This document shows positions 13,829-26,199 of a stretch of DNA of 64,000 bases, in pieces. Position 1 is the stretch's first letter, and each line of letters begins with the position of its first letter. A program made the position numbers and the translations under genes. This DNA comes from Lama guanicoe. Lineage: Eukaryota. The notes beneath the pieces are model-generated. The model made no database searches and had not been told where the DNA came from. It worked only from the letters and a program-made list of their open reading frames with translations. Where the stretch lies: the NCBI GenBank assembly GCA_013239625.1, contig MU054096.1:79085-143084 (forward strand), written 5' to 3'.

Positions 13829-15419
13829 ATCCAGTGAGACTGGCCAGTTTGAGAGTAAAATCCAATAGGCATTACACTCTTCTGAATCAAGCTTTGTAGT
13901 GATCATGGTCACCCTTTCCAGGATAAATCTGAATATCATTTCCCAATCCTACTCAAAAGATAAGTATGAGTTCACCAATGAAGAACAGTTTATTCGTTTA
14001 CCCTTTTCCCCTAATCAATTTCAGATTCAATTGTTTTGGTTTCCAGAATAAAAACAGGAAGAAAGGTGAAGATACCCATGAGTTCAATTACACAGCAGAC
14101 ACAAAATGAAATATACTATTGGTTTAATTCTTCACTGGATGTAACATTTTCCAACTGTGCTTCAAGGCCACTGCTTGACTTCAGAGTATTTTTCAGGCAT
14201 GAAAAAGCATGCACTGTTGTCTTTTAATTGTATGCCTCAATGTATTATGAAATTGATGGTCAAAATCCAAGTGTTTCAGAGGTATTTAGAGGCAAAAGGA
14301 ATGTGCCAATGGGTGTTTTACTGCAACAGAATCTAGTAAAATTTAATTTTGTGAAATGAATGAAGACTTTAAGTATTTTTAAATGATTTTCCCAATATAG
14401 TTGTCATATTTGTGAGAAATAGTTGAGCTGGAATTAAGAGCTGGGGACCAAGGCTCTCATCCAAGATGCACAGCAAGAAAAGCACAATATATCAATATTT
14501 GAGGATTGTGCCCAGGACCTAACACAATTCTTTTAACAAATACTTACTTGAATGCGTACCACGTCCAATCTCAGACCAAAAACTAACAAAGGTAAGAGAG
14601 GCTATCCTAGGTATGATTCTACTACAAGCAAAGAAAAACCCACTTAGGAACTGTAAACCATGTTTTGTAAGCTATTCAGATAGAGATTTGATTTAGCATC
14701 TGTTTAAAAAAGAGAAAAAGGAAGGAACGGAGGGAGGGAGGGTGGAAAATGAATGATCTGCACATAATTTTTCAAAAGCAAAAGACCCAAGCACTGTTTA
14801 TATATTGATATTAAAATACCCCCAAAGTTATACAATACAAGGAAATCCATTCAAAATAAATATAATTTAAATCTACTTTTCCCTCAAGGCCAGAGGGGAA
14901 ATTTCACATAGGCACACTGGCCTGTTGGCTTCAAATTCTGCTCAAACCACAGCCAGAGACTGTTTTAAAAACAAGTGAAAGCCATGTGATTAACACGTGA
15001 AAATGTGTGTAAATGAGGTTTCTGATCGCATCCACCACAATCAAACCCTGCTAAATGCCTGTCTTCTTCCCTTGTTTAATCTCTGCAATTTTACAGACCC
15101 GGTGTGTGAACAGGAAATAATCATCTGATAGTTTTATCAGTTTAAGATTAGCTTCTACTCTGTGAGCTGGAAGAGTGAAAACAGATGACTCTCTGGAATT
15201 GTTTCACTTAATTAAACAGTAAACAAATTCACCAGCATCAGACGAAAAAAGGCAATTGCCTTCAGGATAAAAACAATAAATCCTTTCCACTCGATGGCTT
15301 TTAAAACGTAAACTGTTCTGGAAAATAAAAAAACCCTTCCAGAAGTTGGGAATGCTATGAAATATTTAATTTAATCCCAACTTTAGTTAACAAAAATGAT
15401 TACACACCACCAACGGTTA

Positions 15420-16060
15420 TAATTCAAAATGGGGGGGGGGGGGGGGGGGAGGTTCACGTCTTTCCCTAGAAGCAAACCACTGTCTCAGGACGTGCTCCCC
15501 GGAGGTCAGGCAAGGGCACGGGCCAAGCAGGGAGGCGCCGGCCCCGAGCAAACGCTCCGGGTGAGGGGCGTTGGTGAGGGGCACGGGGCCCTGAGGGAGG
15601 TTGTCGGCCCCCTGGCACTGCTGACGAGGCCAAATGACCCAGCAGCCTGAGAGGAAGCCTCCCAAAGAGACCCAGGAACTCGCGGTTAGGAGAAAAAAGA
15701 ACCCTGAAGCCAATACCTGGGGCACACAAGCAGTCCTTAGGGATGGGGGGCGCTGCGGAGCCCCGCGGCGCGGGAGGAACCGTCGGTGAGGACGCCAGGG
15801 GTCCTCGCGCAGATGGATGCACGCGGTGGGCGGGGCCACGCGTGGCGGGCGGGGCCGCGTGCTGGTGGGCGGGGCCGCGCGTGGTGGGCGGGGCCTCTTA
15901 GTCCAGCTCCCACCTCCTTGGTGATTTGGACCACTCGGCTTCGAGCTCTTTCCACCCTTTGCCTCGCGCTCAGGCTCCAAACTTGCGGTGCTGCTGCCCC
16001 AAAGCCTGGGCCCTCGCAGCCTGCGTCCCCGTCTCACACTCTCATTGTCTCAGCTCAGGT
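15420..16060. promoter_or_regulatory. Second CpG island in NEK10 intron 1 with four tandem Sp1/KLF GC boxes
   Basis: CpG-rich; GGGCGGGGCC at 15828, 15847, 15867 and 15886; G19 run at 15431-15449. Confidence 0.7.
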
Positions 16061-17355
16061 GTCCCCTCCTTGGTGAGGTGTCCCCTCCTCTGCAACCCAT
16101 TCACCCCCACACGCTCACACTTAACCACAACACCCTGCTTCGTCATCAGAAGGATTCCTATCGGTTTATCAGTTTCCTTGCGCTCCACCAGAAGCCCCAT
16201 TTGGGCAGTCTGCTTTATCCACAGACACAGCCCCTGCACGCGCACGAGGGCGTGCGCGCACACACACATACACAGAGACAACAGCAAACTGCACAGAGTA
16301 AGCGCAGTATGTGAACCAAAACAATATCGGCGTCACAATCTGTAAGCAGTGGCTCGGGTATTTTTACCAACGTTTGTGAATTATTTGCTTTTTGACAAGT
16401 ATTTAATTTTAGGATTAGAGCCTCCTTTGACCCCCCTGCAAGCCAAGTGCTCCTGCTCAGTGCCCAGTGCAGCCTGTACGACCCACACTGCAAACCTGTA
16501 CACGAAATATTGCAGTACGATCCCTGCCTTATGGGATGGGGCCTCCTTATTCACCAGACACATGGTAAGCAAACAATAAATATTTGTTGAATAAAAAACT
16601 TAATGAATGGATGAATGGATAAAAGAATTATTTTTTTTAAAAAGTCATTATTCTTTTGGTTCAAAAAATCTTTTATAAAGCTTCCTTGTAAAGCAAGCCA
16701 ATTGATGAGTATGTGTAATGTTATAATAATACGGAACACACTCAGGAATGATCTTACTATATAAGACAAAATGATCTGTCCTATATAAGACAATATCCAT
16801 GAACAGTGCTTTTCAAATTATCTATAAAGTTGTTCTTTTTCTGACTCCAGTCTATTGTGGACCCACACTTTTTGTTCTATATCCTGTTCAGCAAAATAGG
16901 TCCATCACTGATCATGTGCTTGGACAGTGCGGCAATGGGAAACTGCTGTAAACATTTCTAAATGCTTACCCTCAGTTTTGTACTTATCGCCTCATAATCA
17001 GTAACATCCTAGTCCGAAGTCCACCTGAATAGCACTGGCCTAGACAAGTGATGTCTTTCTTTTCAGATGACAATATCGTTTTCATAGCAACCCCAGAAGT
17101 TTCTCTAAGAACCACTGCCCCAAGTACAGGTCCTGAAAGGACTACACCAGTTGTCAATTCCAGGACAACCAAGGGAGGGTGAGAATGAGTCTGGGAGGGG
17201 AAGACCTCTGCCAAGTAGCTTTGGCTGAACATCAGCTCTCCACTTCCACTCAAGCAGTCCTGCTTTTCTGGGGTTCTCTGTACAGATTTATTTGAGAAAA
17301 GGGTTCCCCTGCTAAAAAGGAAAATAGAAAACTACTCATTTCTAGCTTAAAAAAA

Positions 17356-17500
17356 TTTTTTGTTGTTGTTTTACGGGGGACTTTATTGGGGGAGGGGTAA
17401 TTAAGTTTATTTACTTATTCTTGAAGGAGGTAGTGGGGATTGAACCCAGGACCTCCTGCATGCTAAGCATGTGCTCTACCACTTGAGCTATACCCTCCCC
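17356..17500 (-). mobile_element. Camelid tRNA-Ala-derived SINE (Vic-1-like)
   Basis: Reverse complement reads GGGGAGGGTATAGCTCAAGTGGTAGAGCACATGCTTAGCATGCAGGAGGTCCTGGGTTCAATCCCC followed by the family tail. Confidence 0.9.
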
Positions 17501-19214
17501 ATGGAAAAACCACTCATTTTCTAATATTATTTTACAGATGAGAGGCCAAAGAGATTACAATACTTGCTACACAAACATTTGTACTCATATTGATTTTCCT
17601 TTGATTCTAAATGAGAAAGGTGAAATTTAGTATTTTTCTTAAAAAAAGGGAGTGGGAACAGAAGTGAAGGATTATATATAAAATACAAATGCATATTTTA
17701 AGAACAGAAATTTTTAGTATCTTTCCTCTGTACATGTCAGACACAGAACCCAAATTCTATCTCAGATCACAGAGCCAAGGTCTTTCTATACCTCATAGGA
17801 CAGCCACATGGTTTGATGTTTACAGCCCTAGTCAAGTACAGACATAATCACCGTTGTGACTCATTGCTGAATTTTTAAATCCATTTTGTAAAAGAAATTC
17901 TTGAAAGTAATTCCTATCTCCTGTTGTCATCTGAAATTTGGTTTAAAACTAAAAGAAAGTCCCCAGAGACACACACCTGGCTTGCTCACAATCTCTTGGA
18001 AATTGCAGGGTAAACACACAGGACAGAAAGATATCCACACTGCGGCAAAATTAACTGACTGCAATGAATCTAAATGGTGCAGTGTAAACCCACTAACTAA
18101 ATACCATGGCGATAATTTGTGATGGTTTTCAGATTCTCTGCCCAGAAATTCTTTTCTTAGTCTGTAGTTGCCTTAGCTGCTCAATAGATCATTAAATGGC
18201 TTCATCTTTACTAAAGATCAAACAGAAAATCATTTGATTCATCTCGGAAAATAGCTTCAAATCCCACAACTACCTGGTTTTCCTTCTAATCACTTAGGCT
18301 GCATCTTTGTAAATATTCCATTTTATTTATGACATAACTAATGGTTGAAAAAAATCCCACTCAGAATGATTTGGCGTGAGTAGGGTTAATCACCACTTTG
18401 CTACATCAGGTTTATTATTTCTGAAAAGGCCCGAAAATAAACTGTTATGAACCCTCCCACAAAAGAAAATTAGAACTTCTTGGACCAACCAGACAAAGTC
18501 CTTATTTCTTTGTCTGAATTATGGTTAGCCTCCACGTTAGATGTGAAGATGGGAGTTCTGTCTGGGCTCAGGTAGGTATTAAAAAAAAAAACAAAACAAA
18601 AAAACCCTGAGAACTCTAAGCCCCACAAATAGCTGCAAATGAAAAATGAAGAATCATTTCTCCAATTCCTTTGCTGTAGATATATTTTCTTAAAATCTCT
18701 TTAAATTTTTGAGGGAAAAACGTGGTTGAAATAAGATATAATTCACATAGAACAGCGAAAAATAAGAAACATGTGTTAAAATGTATTGGTTAGCTGCGAT
18801 TTTCTCAGTCTTAATGGTTGTACCACCATGATGCCAGCTGCTAACATGAGGGGAAGCTGAGTGCAGGGCATATGGGAACTCGCTGTACTATTTTTGCAGG
18901 TTTTATGCAACTCTCAAGTTCTTTCAAAATAAACACTTCAAAGTGCACTGGCCACTTGAGCAGTTTATTTAAGTAAAGCGCTTTGAGAACAGAGAGTTTC
19001 CTTTTACAAAGAATACTTGCACTTAATCTCACAGATATGGGTGCCTGGTCTTCTCAAATTGCTTGTGTTTTAGAAAACTAAAAACCCTGCACAGAAAGTG
19101 TCAAGTTAAATTGGACAAATCACTTTAAAATAAAAGATACACACACACACACACACACATTCAAAAAGTAAGTGATCAAAAAGTCAAGGAACTCCTGTAA
19201 GAAACATGACTTGT

Positions 19215-19565
19215 CCAGACATTGACACATTGTAACTGACTATACTTCAATTAAAAAAAGAAAAGAAAAAAGAAAGGAGGTGTTGATGACACCAAACTTT
19301 TTAGGTGAATGTTGGTTAAGAGAGTTTAACCGAGTGACGTGGTAAGCATAACCGAAGGTGGGTATTCTCATGCCTTCTAATGAATTATTGTCATTTCATC
19401 GTCTGTAGTCAAATCTAAAATGCATGAATGCTTAACACTGCTCTCCTGAAGTTTTCTCCGTTTGCAAAAACAGATGAACCTCAATTTTTTTTACCTCTTG
19501 CTCGTAAGAGAAATAAATAAATATTAAAAACCAATTCCATATCATTCCCCAGGAGAAAAAAAAAA
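19215..19565 (+). mobile_element. Ultra-short L1 3' tail plus ~280 bp transduced sequence plus poly(A)
   Basis: 16-bp TSD aagaaacatgacttgt (19199-19214) / aagaaacatggcttgt (19566-19581). Confidence 0.78.
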
Positions 19566-19729
19566 AAGAAACATGGCTTGTTTATACCTATTACAGCTCA
19601 AAAGGGGAGTCTGGGTCTCTAAACTGTAGGCTTGATTTTAGATTTCTTATATTACATTGTTATTGTTCTTCAGTGGGAAATATGTGTGGAGCTAGCAGAA
19701 CAGACAGTTATTTCAAGACAGAACCTCCA

Positions 19730-19943
19730 GGGGAGGGAGAGGATATAGCTTAGTGGTAGAGCGCAATGAGTGAAGTCCTGGGTTCAATCCCCAGTCCCTC
19801 CATTAAAATAAATAAATAAACCTAATCACCATCCTTCCCTAAACAAAATTAATAAAAATTAAAAAAAAACAAGGTCCTCAGTACCTCCATTTAAAAAATG
19901 AATAAACCTAATTACCTCCCCCACAAAAAATTAAAATAAAGAA
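19730..19943 (+). mobile_element. Vic-1-like SINE with duplicated 3' tail
   Basis: A/B-box tRNA head, two copies of the cagtacctcc...aacctaat tail; TSD gaacctccag/gaacctctag. Confidence 0.85.
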
Positions 19944-20079
19944 CGAACCTCTAGTAACAGGGGTCTAACACCTGACCAGAACCAGGAACACCTAGAAATG
20001 AAGGACAGGTGCAGAGTAGGTGCCATCAGTGAAACCTGAGAAGGTACACCCCCTCAGGGAGGTTCAAAAGCGCATTAAA

Positions 20080-20266
20080 GGGGGGAAGGTATAGCTCAGT
20101 GGTAGAGTGCATGCTTAGCATGCATGAGGTCCCCCGTTCAATCCCCAGTCCCTCCATTAAGATGCTCCCTGGTGGTCTAGTGGTTAGGATTCAGCTCTCT
20201 CAGCACCTCCATTAAAATAAATAAACAAATAAACGTAATTTCGCCACCCTCCCAAATAAAGCAATA
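20080..20266 (+). mobile_element. Chimeric Vic-1-like SINE containing a tRNA-Glu(CTC) 5' half
   Basis: SINE head, then TCCCTGGTGGTCTAGTGGTTAGGATTCAGCTCTCTCA (20166-20202), then SINE tail; TSD caaaagcgcatt/caaaagcacatt. Confidence 0.82.
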
Positions 20267-21567
20267 CAAAAGCACATTTAAAATGAAGCAAAACAAGCCA
20301 CCTGCACAGGACAAACAAAACAGATCTACAGGTTCCCAGCTGAAGACCATGACTGAGTGCCCTCCATTTAACACAAGGAAACTGAGACTCAGAGGGATAA
20401 AGTGGTTGCAAGGTCACACAGCACTTTTACGAGAAGGAGAAAAGTGCCTGTTCCCCTCCAGAGTCTACATCTTAACAGCCAGAGGGGATGGGAAAGAGAA
20501 CTTGTTGACATTGGCTCTTAGCCGAAGGCAAAGGGTCACATTTATCGTAAAGAGTGATGCTTGCATAACTTCATTTCCCAGACCTTGGCTCGCTTACAGA
20601 CACACATCCATTGGTCCGTGTTCACTCGTGTGAAACAGGTAGGTGGTGTATCTTAACATCATGATATGGTGCAAAACAAAGACGCCGTTGCCACAGAACC
20701 ACCCCTGGCAGCAGTGTCCTCAGTTACCAGCCAAGGATTCCCATAGCCTGGCTTCCAAGTCAGCAGCCCTGAAACCTTCCTTCTGCAAACAGTTTATACT
20801 GTAAACCACCTGCTGTTTTATATTTCAACAAGCACTTGGCAGTAAAAAGAATCACAAAGGATAATAGTAGTCTATCTCCCACTCATGCCCCCAAATATTT
20901 ATGGAGCACCTGCTCCAAGTTGAGACACTCCGTTAAGAGTTTGCCTTCATCTTCTGGTGAATGCTAACCCAAGTTGGACTCCGAAGTCAACCAGGATATG
21001 CGACAAAAGACACCATTATGATTTTCTTACTCTCCAGCTTTATCCGCATTTTAACTCCTCTCTCTGTGATGAAGGGAAACGCCTGCAGACATGCCAGTAG
21101 TTCCAAAGGATGCTCTGAATGGCTACTGCATTGTGCATAACGAAATATATTTGTGAGTAACTAAAGCAGCACACAAAATTTCTCTTCACTCATTGACTCC
21201 CCCAAACATAGTAAGATTACATTCAATTCTCTGCTTTCACGTGAGAGAAAGGTGACCATGACATATGTTCGTTCCTTCAAGAAATAATTTTTGATCTGCT
21301 CGTATATGCCAGGCACTGAGGATACGGCACGGAATAAGATGTAAAAAAAACAAATGTCTTCCCCCCAAAGATAGCCGTAATGGTAATAAGTCTTGATTAA
21401 TAAGTGAGCGCGGATTCAGCCCAACCCCCTAGACCTTCAAAGAGTGAAGCGAACACTGGGTAAACACAGGTTCCTAACAACTGGCGGCACTGCAAGAAGC
21501 TAGAATTACTTTCTGAGCCATAAAATAAAATTGTTTCCTCTAATAACATTGCATTTTATGGGCATGG

Positions 21568-21686
21568 TTTTTTTTTTAATTGAAGTACTGTCAATTACAA
21601 TGTATCAATTTCTGGTGTACAGCACACTGTTCCAGTCATGCATATACGTACATATATTTTTTTTCATATTTTTTCCATTAGGGTTA
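21568..21686 (-). mobile_element. Short L1 3' end (same family as 2896-3359)
   Basis: polyT-aattgaagtac...tggtgtacagc, the reverse complement of the L1 tail. Confidence 0.75.
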
Positions 21687-22696
21687 TTTTTATGTGCATG
21701 TTTAATTTACTGACTATGCACAAGATCTTACTGGGCGCTGCAAAAAAAAAAAATCTATCCACATAAACCTAATTACCTCCCCCCACCAAGAATAAAAGCA
21801 AAAAACTATTCACAACTCAGCATGTATGGGAGATCATAAATATGTAGGTTAAATAACATGAAATTGCTGATATTGGGCCTTTAAAAATTTTTTTCTTATG
21901 GTTCAGCCTAATACAAGAGATTCAATAAGAATACTAGAAATAAGAACACAAAAAGAGAGAAAATTAGGTTCCAAAGGAGATGGTATATTGAATGAATTTA
22001 AGGAACGACTGTGGGCTGAGGCAAGAGCTACGGAAAGGCTCATGAAATGGGATGCGATGGCGTCTGGAAAGAGGTGGGCAATGGCGGTCTCCGAGGCTAC
22101 AGGAATGAAAGAATCTCAGTATCTGAAATCAAGAACAGCGCTTTGGCATGAACCTCGAAGACGCCACTTCTCCTCCTCACCCCCTTACTCTTTTGGTCAC
22201 GATTTCTCTCCTCCATACAGTCCCTGTCTGCCCACTTCTCTCCGTCCTCACTGCAGATCCCTCACTGACACCATCGCTACCTGCACCACAGTATCCTCTT
22301 CCCAAATGGACTCTCACCCTCTCGGGAGAAATTTCTCTCTCTTTCCAACAAGTCTGTTCTCCATGCAGCAACAAAAGGACCCTTTTTGTGGTACAAATCT
22401 GACCAGTTGAGCCCTCATTTCTCTCAGCATCCATCGTGTCTCAAATCATGTATCCATTCTTTAAGGAGATTTTCACTGACCTCCTTGAAGAGGTCACAGC
22501 CCCACCAGCCACTGCCTCGCGGCTCTTAATGAAGGGGCAGATGCAGGCAACAGTTCAACGAATACACACACCTTCCTCATTTAGTTTACTGTAAACTAGT
22601 CCTGGTTGGGGAAGATGGCCAGTTTCCTCATCCCGGGCATTCAGCACTGCATTGCTGGTTTATAACAGAAGTGTTCAATAAATGATTCCTGAGTGA

Positions 22697-22831
22697 GGGG
22701 CGAGGGTATAGCTCAGTGGTAGAGCGCATGCTTAGCATGAATGAGGCCCCAGGTTCAATTCCCCAGGACCTCCACTAAATAAATAAATAAATGAACCTAA
22801 TTACCCCTCCAAAACAAACTTAAAAAAAAAA
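22697..22831 (+). mobile_element. Vic-1-like SINE
   Basis: tRNA-Ala-like head, tail and A run; TSD gattcctgagtga/gattgctgagtga. Confidence 0.9.
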
Positions 22832-22864
22832 GATTGCTGAGTGAATGAACAAGTGAAATGTGAT

Positions 22865-23005
22865 AGGGGTGAGGACCTTGTTATATAGCTCAGGGGTAGA
22901 GTGTGTGCCTGGCATGCACAAGGTCCTGGGTTCAATCCCCAGTCCCTTCATTAAAATAAGTAAATAAATAAAAGTCTAATTACCTTCCCACAAAATAAAA
23001 TTAAG
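22865..23005 (+). mobile_element. Vic-1-like SINE (diverged)
   Basis: tatagctcaggggtagag...ggttcaatccccag plus tail. Confidence 0.85.
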
Positions 23006-24089
23006 TAATTAATCTTTACAAAGTGATTGGGGGAGTTCCAGGTATAAGCGGAGTGTCATCGTTAACACGGAAAAAATCATCAGCAGAGGGTAAGTTTGCC
23101 CCGGCTGACAACCAGTATCCAGTTAGCCCAGAATGTTGGCTTGACAAAAATCTCTTTATGAACACAAGGAAGCCACAAAGGAAGATATCTGTGCTACATA
23201 TAGGCGACCTCGAGAATAGGACAATATAATTTCCTAAAGATGAGCAAGTGTAGCAGACACATGCTATGAACGCTGGGGTCTCCACTGATGAGAGCCAACA
23301 GCTTTGGGAATGTGATTTCCTCCTGTTACACCACGGGGATGCAGCCTGAAGGAGGGCCACCGGTGGAGGAGACCTGGTTTCCACTCGCCCGCTGAGTGAC
23401 CTCAGACAGTCCCCGGGCCCCTCTGATGTTTAGTTTCCTCATTTACCAACAAATAGAAATGATTATATCCCCATTATAAGATGGTGTTGGAACTAAATGA
23501 AATAAGGTGAAAACTCTTTTAAAATGGTCCCTAGCTATTTAAGTTGTGATCAGGACAGCAGTTGTGAATATGATCCTTGGTAATATTACTATTACTTCAG
23601 CTTTTAGAGCTTGTCATGCTGACTTTAAATCATTTTCCTATATTCACTGGCTTGAGTCATTGATGACAAATACTAGACATAAAATGAAAAAGAAGGTCGT
23701 ATTTTTAGTGTCACGTGCTTCATTTCAATTTGTTACACCTGACATTATTTAGGATTTCATGTATTTGTTTAATCCTCAAAACAATCCTGTGACGGGGTGA
23801 TGTTGTATCTCCAACTTACAGATGAAGAAACTGAGGCATTGAGTTTCAGTAACTTGGCCAAGATGTCATATCCAGTAATAATAACAACAATAATAAAAGC
23901 AAACGTTTTCCATAGATTTCTATACACTCTAATTGCTTTCCATACATTAACCAATGTAACTACCAGTAAAGGCAGCTACCTTTACGGTCCCCGTTTTACA
24001 GATGGGGGAACTGAGGCCCCGAATGCGTAAGTAACTAGCCCAAGTCATAGAGCTTTAAACCCCTGGTGGGCAGAACAGGAATTTAAAGC

Positions 24090-24262
24090 CAGGTATAGCT
24101 CAGGGGTAGCCATGCTTAGTTAGCATGCACGAGGTCCTGGGTTCAATCTCCAGCACCTCCAGTAAAATACGTACATAAACAAACAAACAAACAAACCTAA
24201 TTACCTCCCCCGCCAAAAGCAAAAACAAACAAAAAAATTTTAAATAAATAAATAAAAATAAA
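24090..24262 (+). mobile_element. Vic-1-like SINE
   Basis: Head and tail motifs; TSD taaagccagg/taaagccaag. Confidence 0.87.
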
Positions 24263-24897
24263 GCCAAGCGGAGCCTCCCGTGTTAGTCTTACTTATTGGT
24301 AGCATTTATCCAGCTCTCTACTTACCTAAGTGAATTTTCTAGATAAATGTTCACCACTTTAATAGTCAAATATTACTTCCCACCATTTCCCCCAATTAAT
24401 TAACAATTCCTTGTCGTTGATGCAAAATACACTAAATCCTTCTGTAACTTTTCCCCAATGGCCCAGGATCAATGTTATGGCTGCTGGACTTTATCCATCT
24501 GCCTTTTGTTTTTATTTCACTTTTTAGAGGCAGATTTTTAGTCTCTATTACTCTATTACTAGAGTAATAGGTGCCATTTGATGGTCATTTTGTTTCTCTT
24601 TTTGTTTCATTGAAGTATAGTCAGTTATGACACGTCAATTTCTGGTGTACAGCATCACGTCCCAGCCAAGACCGTTTAGTTGACTGTCATTTCGTTGAGT
24701 GGACTCTGCTGAGGGCTGTGAAGCTAGACCTCATGTCAACTTTATTCCTAAGACAAGACTGAATAAGCTCTGACTTGAGCCAACTCTGTGGACTTGAGTG
24801 CATGACCTTTATTACAACTGTTCCAGAGTTTTCAGCTGAGATGAAGGGAAACCAGACCTCTAGGTATGTATGAGCAATCATTTTACCAAATGAGAAG

Positions 24898-24955
24898 CCA
24901 GAAATTGACACACTGTAACTGAGTATACTTCAATTAAAAAAAAAAGCCACAGATA
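24898..24955 (+). mobile_element. ~50-bp L1 3' tail insertion
   Basis: ccagaaattgacacactgtaactgagtatacttcaatt-A10, flanked by aagcca repeats. Confidence 0.7.
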
Positions 24956-26199
24956 AAGAAAGGGCCAAAGAGCTAAAAGGCTGAAGCTGGGATTCAAACC
25001 CACGTATGTCCTATTCAAAGCCTATCCCTTGCAAACTATGCTGTACTCTCTCTGTTTCCTGTGTTAAACTTATGCCATTTAACAACAGCTACCATTATAA
25101 TGATATAGTATGAAATTCAGACTGCATTGAAATAGTTTCCAGTACCAAGGATCTTGAAATCAAAACAAAATCTGTCAATTCAACATTCATCTTGCAAAAG
25201 GAAAATCTTCACATGACAAACAGTAACCTCTCCTTTTAGAGATTCATTCATTTAACCAGTATTTGTTCGGTGCACTGTGTGGTCTACTGTGACAGATAAA
25301 ACAAATGGTGAGTGAGACGAACCTGGCCTCTGCCCTCACAGAGAGAGCCTAGAGGAGGAAGCAGAAAAGTAACTGGGCAACACACAGAGAATGACTCGGG
25401 AGGCAGAGCACTGGGGAAGGTGCAAAAGTGGAGTCCACTGCAGGCAGCATGAGCAATAGGGGAAACCTCCACAAACAGGAGAGACTGCAGGACGTTCTGG
25501 GAACAAACAACATGGAACCACTGATGCAAAGCCTAACTACAGAGTTTGGGTGGGGATGAATGGGAATCTTTGCAGGAAGTGAAATGCCTATATATATATT
25601 TTATATAAAGATCAGTCTAACAATAAACAGAAAAATGGATTGGATAGGGCCAAACTGCCATCCAGGAAGCCGGATGGGTGTTGAATTTAACCAAGAAACT
25701 GGTGGCAATGACAACAGTGAGAATGGAGGTGGTCATGTGGAAACTGATTTGGCAGCTATTAAGAAGGTAGAGCCGTGATAACTGATGGAAATGCAGAAGA
25801 GGCAGGAAGTGCCGAAGATGCTGTCCAGATGTGGTTCCCGTAACTGAGTAGATGGTGATGCCCAAGGTAGGGAATTCAAAGGCGAGGCACTCTATGGGCA
25901 TGTTTAGGGTGCACATGTGTACAGTTAACTAGCAGCTGGGTTTGAGGGTCTGTCGCTTAGTGGAGCAGCCTAGGCTTGAGGTGGAGGTTTTCCGGTCCAC
26001 AGCAGACACATGATACCTGAAGAGGGCATGGGCCTGAACAGGCTCACCCACGTGGAGCAGGGAAGCGCAGGGACAGAGCAGCTGCATACGAGGGGAAGGC
26101 AGAGAAGCGACGCCCATAAACGGTTCTGTGAATGAACTTCCAGAGGGCTAGGGGCATACTGGAAACACTCAGCCTCCATGTAACCAGAGTCCTTCATCG

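Noticed and set aside
15417..16345. Several Arg/Pro/Gly-rich ORFs (up to 206 aa)
   Set aside because: Stop-codon depletion in a CpG island; the same applies to the ORFs at 25970-26943.
19276..19500. Possible NUMT or snoRNA
   Set aside because: No convincing match to recalled mitochondrial genes or snoRNA box architecture; a transduced flank explains it better.
20080..20160. Apparent tRNA-Ala(AGC) genes here and at 17430, 22700, 55450 and 60725
   Set aside because: They carry SINE tails, A-rich ends and in most cases TSDs, and lack a proper acceptor stem, so they are SINE heads rather than tRNA genes.
21898..22434. 170-aa + strand ORF
   Set aside because: No homology recognised; low-complexity, probably old repeat-derived intronic sequence.
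24545..24570. 10-bp perfect inverted repeat ctattactct/agagtaatag
   Set aside because: Short AT-rich stem next to a tandem micro-duplication; likely a replication slippage product.
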